A DNA stretch of 63,496 nt, filler included, from Octopus bimaculoides (lineage: Eukaryota), in NCBI RefSeq assembly GCF_001194135.2. It is 5 parts of 5 records of this genome, joined end to end, with 100 filler letters (N's around TTAATTAATTAA, not from the genome) between each part and the next. Parts side by side here need not be neighbours in the genome. Positions count along the whole stretch, not along the records: positions 61,367 to 63,496 come from NC_068981.1; 4 more parts are not named here. The stretch is one strand, 5' to 3'. Positions within the stretch are counted from its first letter, which is position 1; each line of letters starts with the position of its first letter. The notes beneath the pieces are model-generated. The model worked only from the letters and a program-made list of their open reading frames with translations. It had not been told where the DNA came from and did not search any database. Position numbers and translations under genes: made by a program. This document shows, piece by piece, positions 61,267 to 63,496 of the stretch.

Positions 61267-61366
61267 NNNNNNNNNNNNNNNNNNNNNNNNNNNNNNNNNN
61301 NNNNNNNNNNTTAATTAATTAANNNNNNNNNNNNNNNNNNNNNNNNNNNNNNNNNNNNNNNNNNNN
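61267..61366. other. Artificial 100-bp scaffold linker
   Basis: 44 N + TTAATTAATTAA (61311-61322) + 44 N. Confidence 0.95.
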
Positions 61367-61384
61367 ATATATATATATATATAT

Positions 61385-61545
61385 ATATAATGAGCTTCTT
61401 TCAGTTTCCATTTACCAAATCCACTCACAAGTCTTTGGTTGGCCCAAGGTTATAGTAGAAACCACTTGGCCAAGGTGGTATGCAGTGGGATTGAACCTGG
61501 AACCATGTGATTGGGAAGCAAACTTCTTACCACACATCACTGGTA
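61385..61545 (-). mobile_element. SINE family B 5' half
   Basis: GAGCTTCTTTCAGTTTCC..TTATAGTAGAAACCACTTGGCCAAGGTGG..GGAACCATGTGATTGGGAAGCAAACTTCTTACCACAC. Confidence 0.9.
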
Positions 61546-61789
61546 TCTTGGTTTACACCGAATGTCTTGTCTTAATTGAGAAATGCAAAGTAGAATACTT
61601 CACTTTCCTTTGCTAAAAATTTCTTAAGTAATTGTTTTATAAGATATATGGTATCTTTTGGTCCATCAAACTTTTCGCCACAGCAACTGCCATTTTAGTT
61701 CTCCCCCACTTTGACCTTGTAACAGTTGAAGGTGCTACTGCTGTGTCAATAACACCTTGCATAGATGATTAAGCTAATGAGGGTACCTC

Positions 61790-61960
61790 TAGATGGTGGC
61801 TTATTCTGTAAAAAACAACAGTCAAATCTCCTTCAAATCAAACCAAGCCATCTTAAAAAATGGCAAACATCTTGGTCAATGTAATACTAAACATATAAAT
61901 AGATTGGATGGCCATGGCTGGAATCCTTTTGATCATAGGTTTTTTTTTTTTTTAAATTTT
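61790..61960 (+). mobile_element. Repeat family F copy
   Basis: CAGTCAAATCTCCTTCAAATCA..TCTTAAAAAA..GGATGGCCATGGCTGGAATCCTTTTGATCATAGG. Confidence 0.65.
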
Positions 61961-62301
61961 TTTTTATCAGAGATGACTTTTGGCTTAACTACAATCTGAT
62001 TAACTAGATAGGTAATTATCATAAGACCAAAGTAGCCTAAAGCTTTAACATTTTAAGCAGCAATCCCTTGTGGACGATCAGTCTTTTTTACCTTGATTGT
62101 ATTCTCAACTCTGCTGATAATACAAAATACTGACCAAGCTTTCATTTACATGTACAGCAGATAGATATTCTACTCATACGTCTTGTTTTTGCAATCTCTT
62201 TTATTAAGAAGCTTTCCCGTCCCTCTACTTCTTTTGACAGTAAGAACAAGAGTCTTACCAACATCACAGCAGACGTATTTCTCCACATTGAAATCCAGCA
62301 A

Positions 62302-62359
<58 letters not shown>

Positions 62360-62478
62360 CACACATACATCTAACCATATAGATTAGAGTAAAGATGATG
62401 TCTATCCAAAATTACAGACCCCAAAATTAAATAAATGAAATAAAGAAAATATTAAACATGTAAATTAAAATAATAATA

Positions 62479-62527
<49 letters not shown>

Positions 62528-62629
62528 CACACACACACATATGTATATCACGTAGGTAGTGTAAGTTTAGTGTGAATATTTGATAAGTGTAAGCACCTGT
62601 ATATGCCAGATAGTGGCAGAGGTGAGAGA

Positions 62630-62706
62630 ATATATCAAACATAAACTGGAAACAGAACACAAAAGATATCAGAGATATCCTTTGTGTTCTGTTTTCAATT
62701 TATGTT

Positions 62707-62714
<8 letters not shown>
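62630..62714. repeat. 85-bp hairpin (41-bp arms, 3-nt loop, 3 transition mismatches)
   Basis: ATATATCAAACATAAACTGGAAACAGAACACAAAAGATATC-AGA-GATATCCTTTGTGTTCTGTTTTCAATTTATGTTTGATATAT. Confidence 0.95.
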
Positions 62715-62747
<33 letters not shown>

Positions 62748-62754
<7 letters not shown>

Positions 62755-62920
62755 GGATGCTGAAGAGGCACCATCATGCTAGAAATAGCAGTCAAAACTG
62801 ACTCTAGAACCACGTCATTATTCATATAGCACATGTGCTATATAAATACATGATGTTGTTCTAATGTCAGTTTTGACTGCTATTTCTGGCATGGTGGTAC
62901 CCCTTCGGTACCTTTAATTA
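62748..62920. repeat. 173-bp loopless imperfect palindrome
   Basis: Centre ATATAGCACA|TGTGCTATAT (62833/62834); GAAATAGCAGTCAAAACTGAC pairs perfectly with GTCAGTTTTGACTGCTATTTC; ends TAATTAA/TTAATTA. Confidence 0.93.
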
Positions 62921-63054
62921 TATTCATATTATTATATATCCATAATAATTATTACCTATACAGTTTTCTCCATGCTGGCCACTTGATATGATTGTTATTC
63001 TAAATAATGGTCTTATCTTTTTTATATAAAAATATATATATATATATTTATAGA

Positions 63055-63195
63055 GATTTTCTACACTAGGCACAAGGCCCAAAAGTTTTGGGGAGTGGGG
63101 CCAGTCGATTAGATTGACCCCAGTGGTCAACTAGTACTTAATTTATCGATCCCAAAAGGATTAAAAGCAAAGTCAACCTCGGCAGAATTTGAACT

Positions 63196-63200
<5 letters not shown>
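63055..63200 (-). mobile_element. SINE family A (short-tail variant), head replaced by (CA)n
   Basis: TTTCTACACTAGGCACAAGGCCC..CAGTCGATTAGATTGACCCCAGT..AAAGTCAACCTCGGCAGAATTTGAACTCA. Confidence 0.88.
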
Positions 63201-63230
<30 letters not shown>

Positions 63231-63496
63231 CGTGTTGCAAGACAGTGTAGGAGAGAGAATAGTGATGTTGTAGGAGAGAAATGTGTTCGCATGGATGATG
63301 GTACGCTTGCATTAAATGAGGATGCAAAGAAAGAGGTCTGGAGATGCCACTACGATAGATTGCTTAATAAAGAGAATGAATGGGAGAAAGAGAGCCTGCC
63401 ATATGTCGACCCAATAGAGGGACCAGCTATCCGAGTTGATAGTACCAGGGTAGATAAAGCAATTAAGAGTATGAAGACCGGGAAAGCCCCCGGCCC
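63231..63496 (+). mobile_element. RTE-clade LINE ORF fragment (EN-RT linker to RT start), open to the window edge
   Basis: RVARQCRRENSDVVGEKCVRMDDGTLALNEDAKKEVWRCHYDRLLNKENEWEKESLPYVDPIEGPAIRVDSTRVDKAIKSMKTGKAPGP; the W..HY..LLN and AI..MK.GKAPGP motifs are typical of APE-type LINE ORF2. Confidence 0.88.

Overview
Gap-rich, AT-rich, microsatellite-dense eukaryotic scaffold segment with 16 N-gaps. Four of the gaps are artificial 44N-TTAATTAATTAA-44N linkers. From the repeat families I infer a coleoid cephalopod, most likely Octopus; this is recognition, not a database result. I can support no intact host protein-coding gene, and almost all listed ORFs are microsatellite or gap artefacts. Identifiable content: (1) dozens of tRNA-derived SINEs in about four families plus two simple-repeat-tailed retroposon families; (2) decayed autonomous elements: three Penelope-like (PLE) RT/GIY-YIG fragments, two CR1-like, two RTE-like, one R4/NeSL-like C-terminus, a mariner, a probable maT/Tc1 relic, a TA-flanked MITE and a probable Helentron-type non-autonomous element. 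The most notable signals are: minimal type-I hammerhead-ribozyme folds in PLE-like terminal repeats, including a perfect 64-bp palindrome (56067-56208) with a hammerhead fold on each strand; at least eight long fold-back palindromes, several beside (TA)n tracts; an RTE C-terminus with three C2H2 fingers; a complete tRNA-like cloverleaf with a T5 terminator; a covarying GAAA-capped hairpin in one repeat family; and a 1-kb local copy inserted in a mariner between 23-bp direct repeats. Dispersed-repeat boundaries are by eye (roughly +/-20 bp).
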